Part shown: positions 37,327 through 47,248 of the stretch, piece by piece | Position numbering within the stretch: the stretch's first letter is position 1 | How the letters are laid out: the number at the start of each line of letters is the position of its first letter | Virus record (IMG/VR): IMGVR_UViG_3300020577_011550 | Location: 1-64,000 of that record | DNA length: 64,000 bases | Reading direction: 5' to 3' (one strand) | DNA from: a virus | Lineage: Duplodnaviria; Caudoviricetes | Notes under the pieces: generated by a model | What the model saw: the letters and a program-made list of their open reading frames with translations, nothing else | What the model was told of the DNA's origin: nothing | The model's database searches: none | Made by a program: the position numbers and the translations under genes

Positions 37327-38766
37327 ATGACAAACTTAGCAATCGCACCATCCAAATCTGAAATGCGGCTCGTCCGCCGCAGCATCCTGACCATACCTCC
37401 AGAGCAGTTGGAGCGGATCAAGATGATCGTGGACTATCTCGGGGATTCAGCGCTCACCATTGCCAAGAATGGCAGTAGCAAGATGAGCAAGGGTGACATC
37501 GCGCTGGTCATTTTCAAGGGGCTGGAAGTCGGTCTTGAACCTATGGCCGCACTCGAAAGCATCGATCTCATCAGTGGCAAGCCCACGCTTGATCCAGCCG
37601 GCATGCTAGCGCTGGTGCAGGCAAGCGGACAGCTCGATGACATCCAGTTCATCGAAGAGACCGAAGTGACCTCGCGCATCATGATGAAGCGCGCAGGGCA
37701 GTCGGAATACACGCGCATCTTCACAATCGAAGACGCTAAGCGGATGGTCACGACCGAATGGGTGAACCAGGTCAAGCAGACGATCCCGCTCACCGAAAAG
37801 GCGAACTGGAAGGCGATGCCCTCGATCATGCTCAAGTGCCGCAACATCTCCCAGATGTGTCGCTACCTGTTCGGCGACGTGATTCAAGGGTTGTACACGC
37901 CGGAAGAACTGGGCGCCTCGGTCTCCGTCGATGCCGATGGGCATATGGTGGTTCTGCACACTGAGCAGCCGCGCCAGCAGCAGCAGCCGACCGTACCGCC
38001 GACAACTCAGTCGACGACCCAGCCGCAGCTTCCGGAAGGCATGAAGGGCACATGGGCGAACGCGGAGTCCATTAACAAGATCCTCAGCATCTTCGCCGAA
38101 GAAGCGAACGGCAGCCTCACCGCGACCGAAGTGTTCCGGTTGGCAGGCATTGAAGCCGCAGAGGGCATGAAGCCGGATGCGTGGAACAAAGTCTACGCTT
38201 CGGGCAAGGAAGCGGGACAGACGATCAAGGCCGCGTTTGAAAAGGCACTCACCGAGAAGCCCGCGACCCCGAAGACGCCCGTGCTCGACGATGAGCAGTT
38301 GATCGCCGCGCTCGAAGAGCTGTACCCACACGCGCTGGCGGACTTCGAAGAATCGTTGGGTTACGCGCTGCTGGAAAAGGCGCTGACGCTGCAAGACGCG
38401 CTCGCCCGCGTCGCCGGGGTGATCGTCTCCAATGTGTGGTCGGTGCTGGCCAGCGTGGGCACGTACAAGGTCACGACCGGCAAAGCGCCGCAGCACTACA
38501 CGGAGCTGGAGACCGGGATCGGCCCAATCCGCATCTACGGTCGTGACACCTTCAAGAAGATGTCTGAATCGTTCTATGACGAGAATGGCATCGAGAAGTG
38601 GGAAGCGGGGAAGCGCTACGAGTTCAACGTCCCGCTCGTCGTGAGCTGGGAACAGAAGCAGGGCTACAAGGTGGCCACCGACATTGACCTGTTTGTGCCC
38701 GACGGGTTTGAACAGGAAGAAGTCTCGGAGACCACGAAAGACTTCAACGCTATCGGGCAGCCGTAA
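37327..38766 (+). CDS. RecT-like single-strand annealing recombinase with long C-terminal extension
   Basis: GLEVGL.PM.AL..I.LI.GKP, NWK.MP..ML..R......R.LF.DVI.GLYT.EEL. Confidence 0.85.
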   Translation: MTNLAIAPSKSEMRLVRRSILTIPPEQLERIKMIVDYLGDSALTIAKNGSSKMSKGDIALVIFKGLEVGLEPMAALESIDLISGKPTLDPAGMLALVQASGQLDDIQFIEETEVTSRIMMKRAGQSEYTRIFTIEDAKRMVTTEWVNQVKQTIPLTEKANWKAMPSIMLKCRNISQMCRYLFGDVIQGLYTPEELGASVSVDADGHMVVLHTEQPRQQQQPTVPPTTQSTTQPQLPEGMKGTWANAESINKILSIFAEEANGSLTATEVFRLAGIEAAEGMKPDAWNKVYASGKEAGQTIKAAFEKALTEKPATPKTPVLDDEQLIAALEELYPHALADFEESLGYALLEKALTLQDALARVAGVIVSNVWSVLASVGTYKVTTGKAPQHYTELETGIGPIRIYGRDTFKKMSESFYDENGIEKWEAGKRYEFNVPLVVSWEQKQGYKVATDIDLFVPDGFEQEEVSETTKDFNAIGQP

Positions 38767-38897
38767 CACGCTGCACCGCCTATAAAAGCGAAACGGGACT
38801 CGCATCCCCATGCGTCCCGTTTCGCTTTCAAGTCTATTTTGTCAGCACACAGATAGCATAACACGGTTTTTCGTGCGGTGCTAGTTAGGGTTCGGTA

Positions 38898-39572
38898 ATG
38901 TTCGCATTGCACGATAATTGGTTCAAACTTCCGAGGCAAGTGATCAGCATCTTCCCGCTGCTGGACACGGCACAGGAAACAAAAACGGTTCTGTATGCAC
39001 TTTGCCACCTCTGGGATGGTGGTGCTTTCTGGCTCAGTTTTGATGATTTTCTGAATGGGTGTGCGTCTGCCAATAGCGATGAACGCTACGACAACGGCGT
39101 TTCGCTCACAGAAAAGGAACTGCGGGAAGCTCTAGCCTCACTCGTAAAGAAGGGGTTTTTACGCCAATCGCCAGTCGATCATGCTGAGATTTATACATTA
39201 GTGCTTCAGCAAAGTCACCCAATCAGTGATTGGGGGGATAACCCCAACAGCGCAGGCAAGCCGTGGACGAATACGCCAAAACCTCGCAAAACGTCGCCAG
39301 GCTATATCTATGTCCTGCGCGGCGGTGAGCTGTACAAGATCGGTCGATCCGCGAACCCAAAGGCACGGATTAAGTCTTTATCAACCGTGTCGCCGGTCGC
39401 GCTTGAAGTCATTTGCTTGTCTGAAACGAACGATATGGTCGGCGTGGAGATTCAGCTCCACGAGCGTTTTGCCGACAAACGACAACAAGGAGAATGGTTT
39501 GCTCTAACCGACGATGATGTTCACTCTATCCGAGCTATGTTAGAACCATCTACTGTTGGGGGGCAATCATGA
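38898..39572 (+). CDS. wHTH plus GIY-YIG (T5orf172) domain protein
   Basis: GYIYVL...YKIGRS.NP..R...E.QLH..F...R..GEWF. Confidence 0.8.
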   Translation: MFALHDNWFKLPRQVISIFPLLDTAQETKTVLYALCHLWDGGAFWLSFDDFLNGCASANSDERYDNGVSLTEKELREALASLVKKGFLRQSPVDHAEIYTLVLQQSHPISDWGDNPNSAGKPWTNTPKPRKTSPGYIYVLRGGELYKIGRSANPKARIKSLSTVSPVALEVICLSETNDMVGVEIQLHERFADKRQQGEWFALTDDDVHSIRAMLEPSTVGGQS

Positions 39573-41044
39573 CCCCCAAACACATTCCTGTTTCATTGAA
39601 GCTTATCAACGAAGATAAGGAAAACATCGCATACCGCAAAACTTTTGCCGCGCTGACTGACAGCGTAACCGGAGCAATCCTGCTCCAACAAATGTCGTTT
39701 AACGCCAAACTTAAGAACTACGACCCGTTCTACAAATTCCGTCAGCCTTGCAGTAAGCATGAGCTTTACAAAGACGGTGACTCGTGGACAGAAGAGCTGG
39801 GCTTTAACGTGGCCGAGTTCGATAACGCACTGAAGATCATTGCTACCAAAGTCACAAAGGGCGTGAGCAAGAAGGCGCTGCTTGAAACAGAATATCCGGT
39901 TCAAGCACCGGGCGAATCTGATCAAGCATATGCCAAGCGCTACGAGGCCGCGCTGCGCTGTCTTGTCATTTATTGGACAGATGCTAACCGCCTCACATGG
40001 TATCAAGTCAACACTGAGCTACTAGATAAATTCATAAACTCGATTTATCTAGGAAAGTGCAAAGGGTTGAGATATCTGAAAAAGGCCGTTTATAGAGATA
40101 CCCTAAAAGGTCGGAAAGCGGAGATTCCTGATCCAGAGATCACTTCAGAGATCACTTCAGAGAAAAAGATCGACGATCAGGTGTTCGAAATTTCCGTCTC
40201 GATTCCTACCATCGACGACGATGCGCGCGGCGAGATCCTCCTCCTCCTTCACGGTCAGCGTTTCCACGGCAAGAAGCGTCTCGGCAAGTTTGAATATATC
40301 TGGGAGAAGCTGCTGCCCGTCGCCAAGCGCCCCGATCCCATGGCCTATATGGGCGTGTGGGCGAAGGTGGAAGCCCACGACTACTGGCTGACATTCCAGC
40401 GTACCTATCAGCAGGCCGAGCGCCTCAGTGCGCGCAATGCGGTGAACATCTGGCAGGACATTGAGCAGATGACCAGCATGGACGTGATGCCCGTCGAGAT
40501 CGAGCAGGTGATCGCCTGGCGCATCACGCCGAAGCGGAAGCAGCCGTACAAGTTCGAGTATCTGCTGATGGACATTAAAGCGCTGCGCGAGCGGGATAAG
40601 ATCGACGATCCGGATCTGGAGCTGGCGATTTGCAAGGTGTTCAAGGTGCAGGCGGGAGACTTTACCCGGCGACTTGCTCGCTTCTTCGAAGGCAAAGAGG
40701 GTGATTTGCCCGCATGGAATCTCTATCGCCTCAAGGACAACCCGATGAGCGCCCGCGAGCTGGCCGCGTTCAAGCGCTGGTACGACGACGACGAGCGGTA
40801 TGACAATCAGGAGACGCCGCCGACGACGGCCGCCAACCTGCGCGATAAGATCGATTTATTCCGCGCCAGCCTGAATCACGCGGCGCGGGTGGAACGCGCT
40901 CAACCGCTGCTCGAGCAGTGGCTTGGTGTCCAGACTCAGCCAGCACCGCCGGTCGTGGTGGATGAACCGGATGCAGAATTCGCGGCGCAGATTGACGCGG
41001 ACGTAGCGAATATGGTCGGGCAGTTCAGTGGAGGTCGTCGATGA
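39569..41044 (+). CDS. Replication initiator / replisome organiser
   Basis: Position between recombinase and DnaB; YK(F)..PC..H.LY..GDSW.EELG N-terminal motif; internal 12-bp repeats. Confidence 0.7.
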   Translation: MTPKHIPVSLKLINEDKENIAYRKTFAALTDSVTGAILLQQMSFNAKLKNYDPFYKFRQPCSKHELYKDGDSWTEELGFNVAEFDNALKIIATKVTKGVSKKALLETEYPVQAPGESDQAYAKRYEAALRCLVIYWTDANRLTWYQVNTELLDKFINSIYLGKCKGLRYLKKAVYRDTLKGRKAEIPDPEITSEITSEKKIDDQVFEISVSIPTIDDDARGEILLLLHGQRFHGKKRLGKFEYIWEKLLPVAKRPDPMAYMGVWAKVEAHDYWLTFQRTYQQAERLSARNAVNIWQDIEQMTSMDVMPVEIEQVIAWRITPKRKQPYKFEYLLMDIKALRERDKIDDPDLELAICKVFKVQAGDFTRRLARFFEGKEGDLPAWNLYRLKDNPMSARELAAFKRWYDDDERYDNQETPPTTAANLRDKIDLFRASLNHAARVERAQPLLEQWLGVQTQPAPPVVVDEPDAEFAAQIDADVANMVGQFSGGRR

Positions 41045-42441
41045 CGCAGCAGAAAAGACCTGTGCCAGGGAAGGTACTCGACTTGCAGAGCCAGCCGGGA
41101 ATTATGCGTCTCGCACCGCACAGCCCAGAGGCCGAAGAAGCGGTGATCGGCGGGGTGCTGACCGATCCGGATGCATTCTACGGAATCGCCTCGTACCTCA
41201 AACCGCAAGACTTCCACATCAACCGGTTGGCGATTGTCTGGGAAGCGATGCTTAAGGTCGCAGAACGGCATGAAGGCATCGATGTGCTGACTGTCAGCGA
41301 AGAAATTCGCGCGATGGGCAAGGCAGCGCAGTTTGATGATAAGACGCGTGGCTTTCTGACGAATCTGATCAACCGCACCCCCACCAGCGTTCACACTGAG
41401 ACCTACGCCAGCGTAATCGAGCGCCTCGCTATTCGGCGGCGCTTGCTCACGGTGGCGGATGAAATCAAGGCGTTGGCCTATGATGAGCAGCTTCCGATTG
41501 AGATCATTACAACGCAATCGGAAGAACGGTTGTTTGACGCCACGGGGCGCGCGAATCGGGAGCAGGAATTCGCGATGGAACAACTGCTGGAAGCGCACAA
41601 TGCGTACGTCGAGGCGGTCAGTAAAGATTCAGGCGTCGCGGGTTTGAAGCTGTATATTTCGGCGCTGGATCAGCAGAATATCATGATCTTCCGCAAAGAT
41701 GTGCACGTCCTCGCCGCGCCATCAGGGCAGGGGAAAAGCTCCTTCTTGCTCAATACCCTGGCCATTAATCAGCTGCGCATGGGCAAACTGGTCGTCATCA
41801 TCACGAACGAGATGAACGAGGCGGGCGTGATCCGGCGGTTGATCTCGGGCGAAGCGGCTATCAGCGAAGAGCGGCTGCGTCAGGGAACGATGTCGCCTGA
41901 AGAAAAGCGCCGCTATTTGGAAGCGACCGCGCGCATGGCGAATTGGCGGATGCTGGTGGTGTCGCAGTTGAACCCGGCCAACCCCGTCACCCCATTGACG
42001 GTTGAGCGCACGCTGCGCCGCATTGAGCACTTTCACGGCAACATTGATCTCGTGATCATCGACGGCATGAAGGCGATGAAGTTTGCCGTGGGCTATGAAG
42101 GCGAATATCAGAACGAGCTTAAGCTGATTCTGCCTGGCCTGAAAGGGGTCGCGGATCAGATGAACGTCCCGCTGTTTTGCGCGCATCACCTCAACCGGCA
42201 AAGCTCGAAGAAGACGAAGCCGCCCACACTGGAGGGCATGTACGGCGGCAGCGCGATTGAGCAGTATGCCGACACCGTCTGGGCGCTGGTGCGCGAAGAA
42301 TACGACCCGATGATTCCCAATCAGCCCTCGCACTTGATTTCGCTCAAGGTGCGCTCAGGCACGCCGTACTTTGACGAAGTTCTCCAGTTCAACAAGGCTG
42401 CGAATCGTTACGACAGCGAGCAGTCGCGCATCAACTTCTAA
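41041..42441 (+). CDS. dnaB: Replicative DNA helicase, DnaB-like
   Basis: PHSPEAEEAVIG N-domain, APSGQGKS, EM, LNR, IEQYAD. Confidence 0.9.
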   Translation: MTQQKRPVPGKVLDLQSQPGIMRLAPHSPEAEEAVIGGVLTDPDAFYGIASYLKPQDFHINRLAIVWEAMLKVAERHEGIDVLTVSEEIRAMGKAAQFDDKTRGFLTNLINRTPTSVHTETYASVIERLAIRRRLLTVADEIKALAYDEQLPIEIITTQSEERLFDATGRANREQEFAMEQLLEAHNAYVEAVSKDSGVAGLKLYISALDQQNIMIFRKDVHVLAAPSGQGKSSFLLNTLAINQLRMGKLVVIITNEMNEAGVIRRLISGEAAISEERLRQGTMSPEEKRRYLEATARMANWRMLVVSQLNPANPVTPLTVERTLRRIEHFHGNIDLVIIDGMKAMKFAVGYEGEYQNELKLILPGLKGVADQMNVPLFCAHHLNRQSSKKTKPPTLEGMYGGSAIEQYADTVWALVREEYDPMIPNQPSHLISLKVRSGTPYFDEVLQFNKAANRYDSEQSRINF

Positions 42442-42450
42442 ATTCTTGCT

Positions 42451-42471
42451 ATACCATACGGTCTATGGTAT
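42451..42471 (+). promoter_or_regulatory. Palindromic operator/promoter, copy 3
   Basis: TTGCT-ATACCATA-cggtc-TATGGTAT-ACT. Confidence 0.88.
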
Positions 42472-42497
42472 ACTCCTTTCAATGAAAGGAGAGGGAT

Positions 42498-42803
42498 ATG
42501 CCGGAGACCGTAATCACCATCGTGATCCCCGACGGGCAGGACGAGGCAAAAACCGCCAACATCCTGCTCCGCCGCGGGGACAACGCCCGCATTAAATCCA
42601 TCACATTTTCCACACTCGCCGACCTGACCGACGCAGTTCACGATCTCTCGCTTGAGGTTCAAGAGATCGAGTTTGCGGCTGAGCCGGAGAAGGTCAAGAA
42701 AGCCTCCCGCAAGAAAGCGGATCACCCCGTTGCGCCTAAAGGCCAACCCAACCCACAGCCCGTCGCGGCTGAGTTTTCCGTCAAGCAGCAGATCCTATTT
42801 TAG
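42498..42803 (+). CDS. Hypothetical protein, possibly PRTRC protein E-like
   Basis: First gene of the PRTRC-like operon; basic low-complexity tail. Confidence 0.55.
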   Translation: MPETVITIVIPDGQDEAKTANILLRRGDNARIKSITFSTLADLTDAVHDLSLEVQEIEFAAEPEKVKKASRKKADHPVAPKGQPNPQPVAAEFSVKQQILF

Positions 42804-42814
42804 CGAGGTGCTCC

Positions 42815-43108
42815 ATGCCTGATTTTGATGATACCGAGATGCTGGACGCCGGCGACGAGGCCGACGTCGAAACCACCGAGGCGCAGCCGGTCGAAGCCGC
42901 GCCCGATCAGCCTGTCACCAAGCGCGTGTTCAAGGTCGGCGGCACAACCATCCACGAAGATGCGACGACCGCGGCACTCAGCAGCGAAGCCGCACGCGAC
43001 GTGCTCAAGGCGATGTATCCGGAGATCGCCAATGCAACCATCCGCGAAACGGTCAATAATGGTGTGAAAACGGTTGAATTCTTGCCCCAGCCGGGGCGGA
43101 AAGGTTAG
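42815..43108 (+). CDS. PRTRC protein C-like prokaryotic ubiquitin-fold protein
   Basis: RVFK.....I..D......E.....L...YPEIA.A.......EF....GRKG C-terminus ending in Gly. Confidence 0.75.
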   Translation: MPDFDDTEMLDAGDEADVETTEAQPVEAAPDQPVTKRVFKVGGTTIHEDATTAALSSEAARDVLKAMYPEIANATIRETVNNGVKTVEFLPQPGRKG

Positions 43109-43115
43109 TTTTCAC

Positions 43116-43610
43116 ATGTTGGTCAACGAAATCCTCATCAACAAATACACCGTCATCTATGGCGCTCCGGCGAGTGGCAAAACCACCTTAGCGGTTTTCA
43201 CTGTTGGTCGAGAGGCTTTGGAGCGTGGGCTAACTGTCGCGGTCGCAACGAAAGACATGTCGGCTTCGAGCTTGCGCGAATACTTGCCTACGCTTCAGCA
43301 TGTCGTTGAGCGTGTGGAGGACTTACCCCCGGTTGATGTTGCGATAGTCGATGCGCTATCGCTGCCGTGGAGTAAGGATATCCCCGATCTGAGCCGGGCT
43401 AGAACGGTCATCGAAACGCGGCTGCTTGGCCGCACGCCGCTGGTCAAAGCTTATATTCATGAGTCCCTCCGTCGCGGCGCGGATCTGATTCTCAAAATGG
43501 TTGAGGAAGGCGCAGAGGTTGTTGAATCACGCCAATTCGAAACCCATCGGATCTTTAAGTTGGCGCTGGTGCCGGGCAGTCCTCAGTTTCGCCGATTTCT
43601 GGAAGGGTAA
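43116..43610 (+). CDS. Small RecA/KaiC-like P-loop NTPase
   Basis: IYGAPASGKTT, AIVDAL. Confidence 0.7.
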   Translation: MLVNEILINKYTVIYGAPASGKTTLAVFTVGREALERGLTVAVATKDMSASSLREYLPTLQHVVERVEDLPPVDVAIVDALSLPWSKDIPDLSRARTVIETRLLGRTPLVKAYIHESLRRGADLILKMVEEGAEVVESRQFETHRIFKLALVPGSPQFRRFLEG

Positions 43611-43613
43611 ACG

Positions 43614-44105
43614 ATGCTCTTTGACGATGTGTTCAACAGCCGTCATTCGCTCATTGTCGGCGATGAGAGCAGCGGTAAGACGACGCTGGCGCTCACGCTC
43701 GGCGCGCTGGCCCTGACGTATGGCTACAAGGTTGGGTTTGTTTCGCAAGCGGATGTCAACCTGCCCGGCGCGGTGATCGGGCGAACATTTGGGGAAATTG
43801 GCCGCGCCCATGTGCTGATCACCGACTTTCCGCCGCCACCTGTTGCGACCCCATTGTGGGACGTGCTCAACCTCGCCCCGATCGTGATCACTGTGGTCGG
43901 CGTATCGCGGCGCGATCAGGTGCTGGATCTGATCCCGTATAGATTGCAAGCCGTTTCGGACAACATCTGGCAGGTGCGCTGCACGCGGATTGTTGTGTTG
44001 AAGTCGGAGCGCTACTACCCCGGCGACGTGTTTCCGGTGCAGCTGACGCCCGATCGGCGGCGCTATGTTGGGGTGGGGCAGTTTGACGGCGCAGCTGTGT
44101 CCTGA
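43614..44105 (+). CDS. Second small RecA-like P-loop NTPase (degenerate)
   Basis: IVGDESSGKTT, LITDF. Confidence 0.65.
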   Translation: MLFDDVFNSRHSLIVGDESSGKTTLALTLGALALTYGYKVGFVSQADVNLPGAVIGRTFGEIGRAHVLITDFPPPPVATPLWDVLNLAPIVITVVGVSRRDQVLDLIPYRLQAVSDNIWQVRCTRIVVLKSERYYPGDVFPVQLTPDRRRYVGVGQFDGAAVS

Positions 44106-44373
44106 TCCGCTCGAGGAAGAACTCTGCGGACCGCTCAAATACTGCCACAAGTGTAAAGAGTGGTGGCCGCGAGACGGAGAGTTCTTCCCCCGGCAGGGAG
44201 ATGGGTTTCAATCTCCCTGCCACGCGTGTATCGCTGAATCGCGTCTGCTGATGATCGGGCAACCGTGTATTGTCGAAGGATGCAGGGAACCCCGATATAC
44301 GACCAGCAGCGCACGGTGTAGGCAGCATACGAAAGAGGCACGATGTTCGAAGCACTCACCCAAGAAGACTTGA
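44065..44373 (+). CDS. Cys-rich zinc-finger protein
   Basis: YCHKCKEWWPRDGEFF...CHAC, CIVEGC...C..H. Confidence 0.55.
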   Translation: MLGWGSLTAQLCPDPLEEELCGPLKYCHKCKEWWPRDGEFFPRQGDGFQSPCHACIAESRLLMIGQPCIVEGCREPRYTTSSARCRQHTKEARCSKHSPKKT

Positions 44374-44615
44374 TCGCGGCGCTGGCTGATGTGCCAGCGG
44401 TCGAACTCGAAGCAATTCAGATTCTGCGCACGCATCCAGCGCAGCCGGGCAACCTGTTTCCGACCGGGCTGGATCGGGAAGTCTATACCCGGGCGACGAT
44501 CCAGATAGTGAAGTATGCCCGCGAATGCGCGGACTTGGCGGCGCGGATGCGCGATCTACCGAGTGTGCCGATGCGGGTGATCGACGATGCAATTATCGGG
44601 GGCTACTCGCTGTGA
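44343..44615 (+). CDS. Hypothetical protein
   Basis: RBS AAGAGG. Confidence 0.6.
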   Translation: MFEALTQEDLIAALADVPAVELEAIQILRTHPAQPGNLFPTGLDREVYTRATIQIVKYARECADLAARMRDLPSVPMRVIDDAIIGGYSL

Positions 44616-45433
44616 ACACGCTGCTGCTCGGCGATCTGACGGCCTGCCTTCAGCTCGCGGGCGCGTGGCTCGATCCGATGGCCATCGTCGCCGATGAACC
44701 CTACGCCGAAGAGGATTACATGCTCGTGCTGCGCGAGCGGTTCCCCGAACAGTATGCAGAGTTCTGGCGTCTGGTGTACGAGGGGCAATCGGGCGTGAAC
44801 GTCGAAATGACGATCACCAATGAGATCAACGAACGGATCCCGTATGGCGAATTCATCGATCTGGATTTTCTACCGTGGGGGCCGCCCGTTCCGTTTTTGG
44901 GGTCAGGATTGTCGAACAATGGCTATGAGGATGTTGATGACATCTGGAGCACCAGCCGCGGCGCCGAAGTTGGCCGCCTGTTTTTGCTGGATGATCCGGC
45001 CAATGACAACTACGCCTTCAAAGCCCACGCGTTGATTGCCGAAGCTGTGGACGATGAACTGACCTGTGTGCTGACGTGGATCTTCGGCAGCAGCGGGAAC
45101 ACGTTGTTCGATTGGACGGAATGGGAAGCGGGCGAGAGCGGCCTTGAGCATCCCGGTTGGGAGGGGATGGAATCAACCATCCCGGTTTATACCGAGGCGT
45201 GCGAACTGCATGACCGGGCGATGAATGGCTTTGAAGCGCTCGAAGAGGATGATGACCTGTACGGTCAAGTGTGTGGCGACATTATTCGCGCCTACTGGCA
45301 GAGTATCGAAGAGGTTCACTATGTACGTTATGACCGCCCCGCCTTCCAACGCGTTGGCATCGGCCTTCCAGTCGATTCAGGCACAGCCGATCCTGAGCCT
45401 GACCTTCATGCCGTACGGGATCGTGCTGCGTAG
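44612..45433 (+). CDS. Acidic protein, probably PRTRC protein F-like
   Basis: Acidic ~270 aa, directly upstream of the E2-like gene as in PRTRC cassettes. Confidence 0.55.
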   Translation: MNTLLLGDLTACLQLAGAWLDPMAIVADEPYAEEDYMLVLRERFPEQYAEFWRLVYEGQSGVNVEMTITNEINERIPYGEFIDLDFLPWGPPVPFLGSGLSNNGYEDVDDIWSTSRGAEVGRLFLLDDPANDNYAFKAHALIAEAVDDELTCVLTWIFGSSGNTLFDWTEWEAGESGLEHPGWEGMESTIPVYTEACELHDRAMNGFEALEEDDDLYGQVCGDIIRAYWQSIEEVHYVRYDRPAFQRVGIGLPVDSGTADPEPDLHAVRDRAA

Positions 45434-46031
45434 CAACAATGCACAGGGCACGATCGAAAAACTTGTCTCGCCCGAAGGCCTCGCCCAGATGCTGAGTGGC
45501 TTGGCGAAACCGTCGTGGAACACCGGACTGCTCACGCCGAACACGTTGTGGATGGGCGACCTCAACGGTAAGCGGGTGGTGGTTGAGTACCGCAAGCCGC
45601 AGGTGACGGGTATCTGGCTGGATGGCAGTGAGACCCCATTGCGCGTAGCGCTGCCGGGGCTGGTCATGCTGCGCGAGGTCAAAGTGGATACGAACGCGTC
45701 CTATCGCCTGTGGGCGGTCAAGCGACGTCCGCGCAACCTCAAGGCGAAGCTCTACAATGCGCCGCTGCCGAATGTTGGCGGCAGTGGGGCGTGTTGGGGC
45801 ACGGTCACGGTCGATAAACGTGACCCGGTCAGCCTAGCAGCGGACTGGAAGGCATTTCTCGGTTCGCGCTTTGGCGATCACTCCTGCAACGGTAAGTCGA
45901 AGATGGAGAAGAACGACATCCGCAAGCGCCTGATCCAGATCGACGGCATGAATGAAGATAGCTATCCGCTCGGCGATTTGGTCGATAGCGGGCAGACGCT
46001 CGAAAAAGCGCTCAAAGAGGTGACCAAGTGA
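45321..46031 (+). CDS. PRTRC protein B-like (prokaryotic E2 family D)
   Basis: VALPGLVM......Y.LWAVK.RP......LYNAPLPNV...G.CWG. Confidence 0.8.
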   Translation: MYVMTAPPSNALASAFQSIQAQPILSLTFMPYGIVLRSNNAQGTIEKLVSPEGLAQMLSGLAKPSWNTGLLTPNTLWMGDLNGKRVVVEYRKPQVTGIWLDGSETPLRVALPGLVMLREVKVDTNASYRLWAVKRRPRNLKAKLYNAPLPNVGGSGACWGTVTVDKRDPVSLAADWKAFLGSRFGDHSCNGKSKMEKNDIRKRLIQIDGMNEDSYPLGDLVDSGQTLEKALKEVTK

Positions 46032-46825
46032 GCTACGAATTCGACCCGCAGCTGCACCTGAAATTGATCGTCATCGTCGGCTTGGGCGGCACAGGCAGCC
46101 AGCTCGCGCGGTCGGTCACGCGCATGGCCTACGATATGCGCCGCCGGAACATGTTCACACCAGATATTTTGTTCATCGATCCAGATGTGGTCGAGGAAAA
46201 GAATGTCGGCCGCCAAATGTTTACCGCCGCCGACGTGGGGCAAAACAAAGCCGAAGTGCTCGCCCGGCGCTTCAACTACGCGCTCGGTCTCGGCATCACG
46301 TGGCGTGCGGAGCCAGTGACCGGCGATCTGTTCAAAGAAATCAAGCTTACTGATCACAGCACCTATCGCGGCAACGAAGTGATTCTGTGTGGCGCGGTCG
46401 ATAACCATGCCGCCCGCGCGGAACTGGCGAAGATCAACGCGACGTGGATCGACGCTGGCAACCATTTCGCCGCCGGGCAGGTGGTCATCGGCAACACGTC
46501 TGATGCGGGCAGCGTGAAACGCGCGCTGGAGGAAGCGAAACGCGTGAAGCGAAAGACGCTCATGCTCAGCCCCAACGCTGCGCTCGTGTTCCCCGAGCTG
46601 CTCCAGCCCGATGAGAAACCGAAGATCTCCTGCGCGGATCTGGTCGCGCTCGGCGATCAGCACCTGCTCATCAACGACGCGGTCGCGATGGTCGCGGCGC
46701 AGTATGTATTCAAGCTGCTTTTCCGCCAGCCGATCACCACGTTCAAGTCGTACATCAGCCTCGAAACACTCGCCATGCGCAGCGTGGCGCTCTCCGAAGA
46801 CGAACTCCTACCTTATCTGAATTAA
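46028..46825 (+). CDS. PRTRC ThiF/E1-like adenylyltransferase
   Basis: VGLGGTGS, DPDVVEEKNVGRQ.F...DVG.NKA..LA.R, GAVDN..AR, WIDAGN, SC. Confidence 0.9.
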   Translation: MSYEFDPQLHLKLIVIVGLGGTGSQLARSVTRMAYDMRRRNMFTPDILFIDPDVVEEKNVGRQMFTAADVGQNKAEVLARRFNYALGLGITWRAEPVTGDLFKEIKLTDHSTYRGNEVILCGAVDNHAARAELAKINATWIDAGNHFAAGQVVIGNTSDAGSVKRALEEAKRVKRKTLMLSPNAALVFPELLQPDEKPKISCADLVALGDQHLLINDAVAMVAAQYVFKLLFRQPITTFKSYISLETLAMRSVALSEDELLPYLN

Positions 46826-46830
46826 AACAC

Positions 46831-46861
46831 AAAGCCCCCGCTTGAGGCAGCGGGGGCTTCT
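46831..46861 (+). terminator. Rho-independent terminator
   Basis: aaagcccccgc-ttgaggca-gcgggggcttct. Confidence 0.75.
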
Positions 46862-46942
46862 ATGAAAGGAGGTGAGGTTCACTTCTTTTCACACACGCCC
46901 TCAAGCATACGAATTTTTTCTAACCTTGTCAATCTATTTGCT

Positions 46943-46963
46943 ATACCATACGCTTTATGGTAT
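46943..46963 (+). promoter_or_regulatory. Palindromic operator/promoter, copy 4
   Basis: TTGCT-ATACCATA-cgctt-TATGGTAT-ACT. Confidence 0.88.
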
Positions 46964-46999
46964 ACTACCCTTAACCTTATGAGGAAAGGTTGAGGTCAC

Positions 47000-47248
47000 A
47001 TGCAACACACACATTTGTTGGACGAATTATTGGAGCAAGCCCGAGCGCATCAGGACGAGGAACGGAACGTCTCCTATGCGCACCAGTGGTACAGCGGCGT
47101 GTACGTGCAGATCATAGCGATCGGCCTGCAAATGGCGATCTTTACGATCGGCGCGATGATGCCGGACGAACTGCCGCTCGTGACGGATGACTATCAGCAA
47201 GCGGCTGAATTCTTCGAAGAGCAGATGCAGAGCGCGGAGGCCTTCTGA
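47000..47248 (+). CDS. Hypothetical protein
   Basis: RBS GAGG; first gene after the operator. Confidence 0.7.
   Translation: MQHTHLLDELLEQARAHQDEERNVSYAHQWYSGVYVQIIAIGLQMAIFTIGAMMPDELPLVTDDYQQAAEFFEEQMQSAEAF

Noticed and set aside
37606-38811. Long antisense ORFs (401 aa here; also 11823-12836, 23208-24170, 24183-25049, 49108-50013, 6804-7748, 34849-35544)
   Set aside because: Typical in-register shadows of GC-rich genes, with no domain motifs, RBS or promoter, unlike the 2327-3208 case
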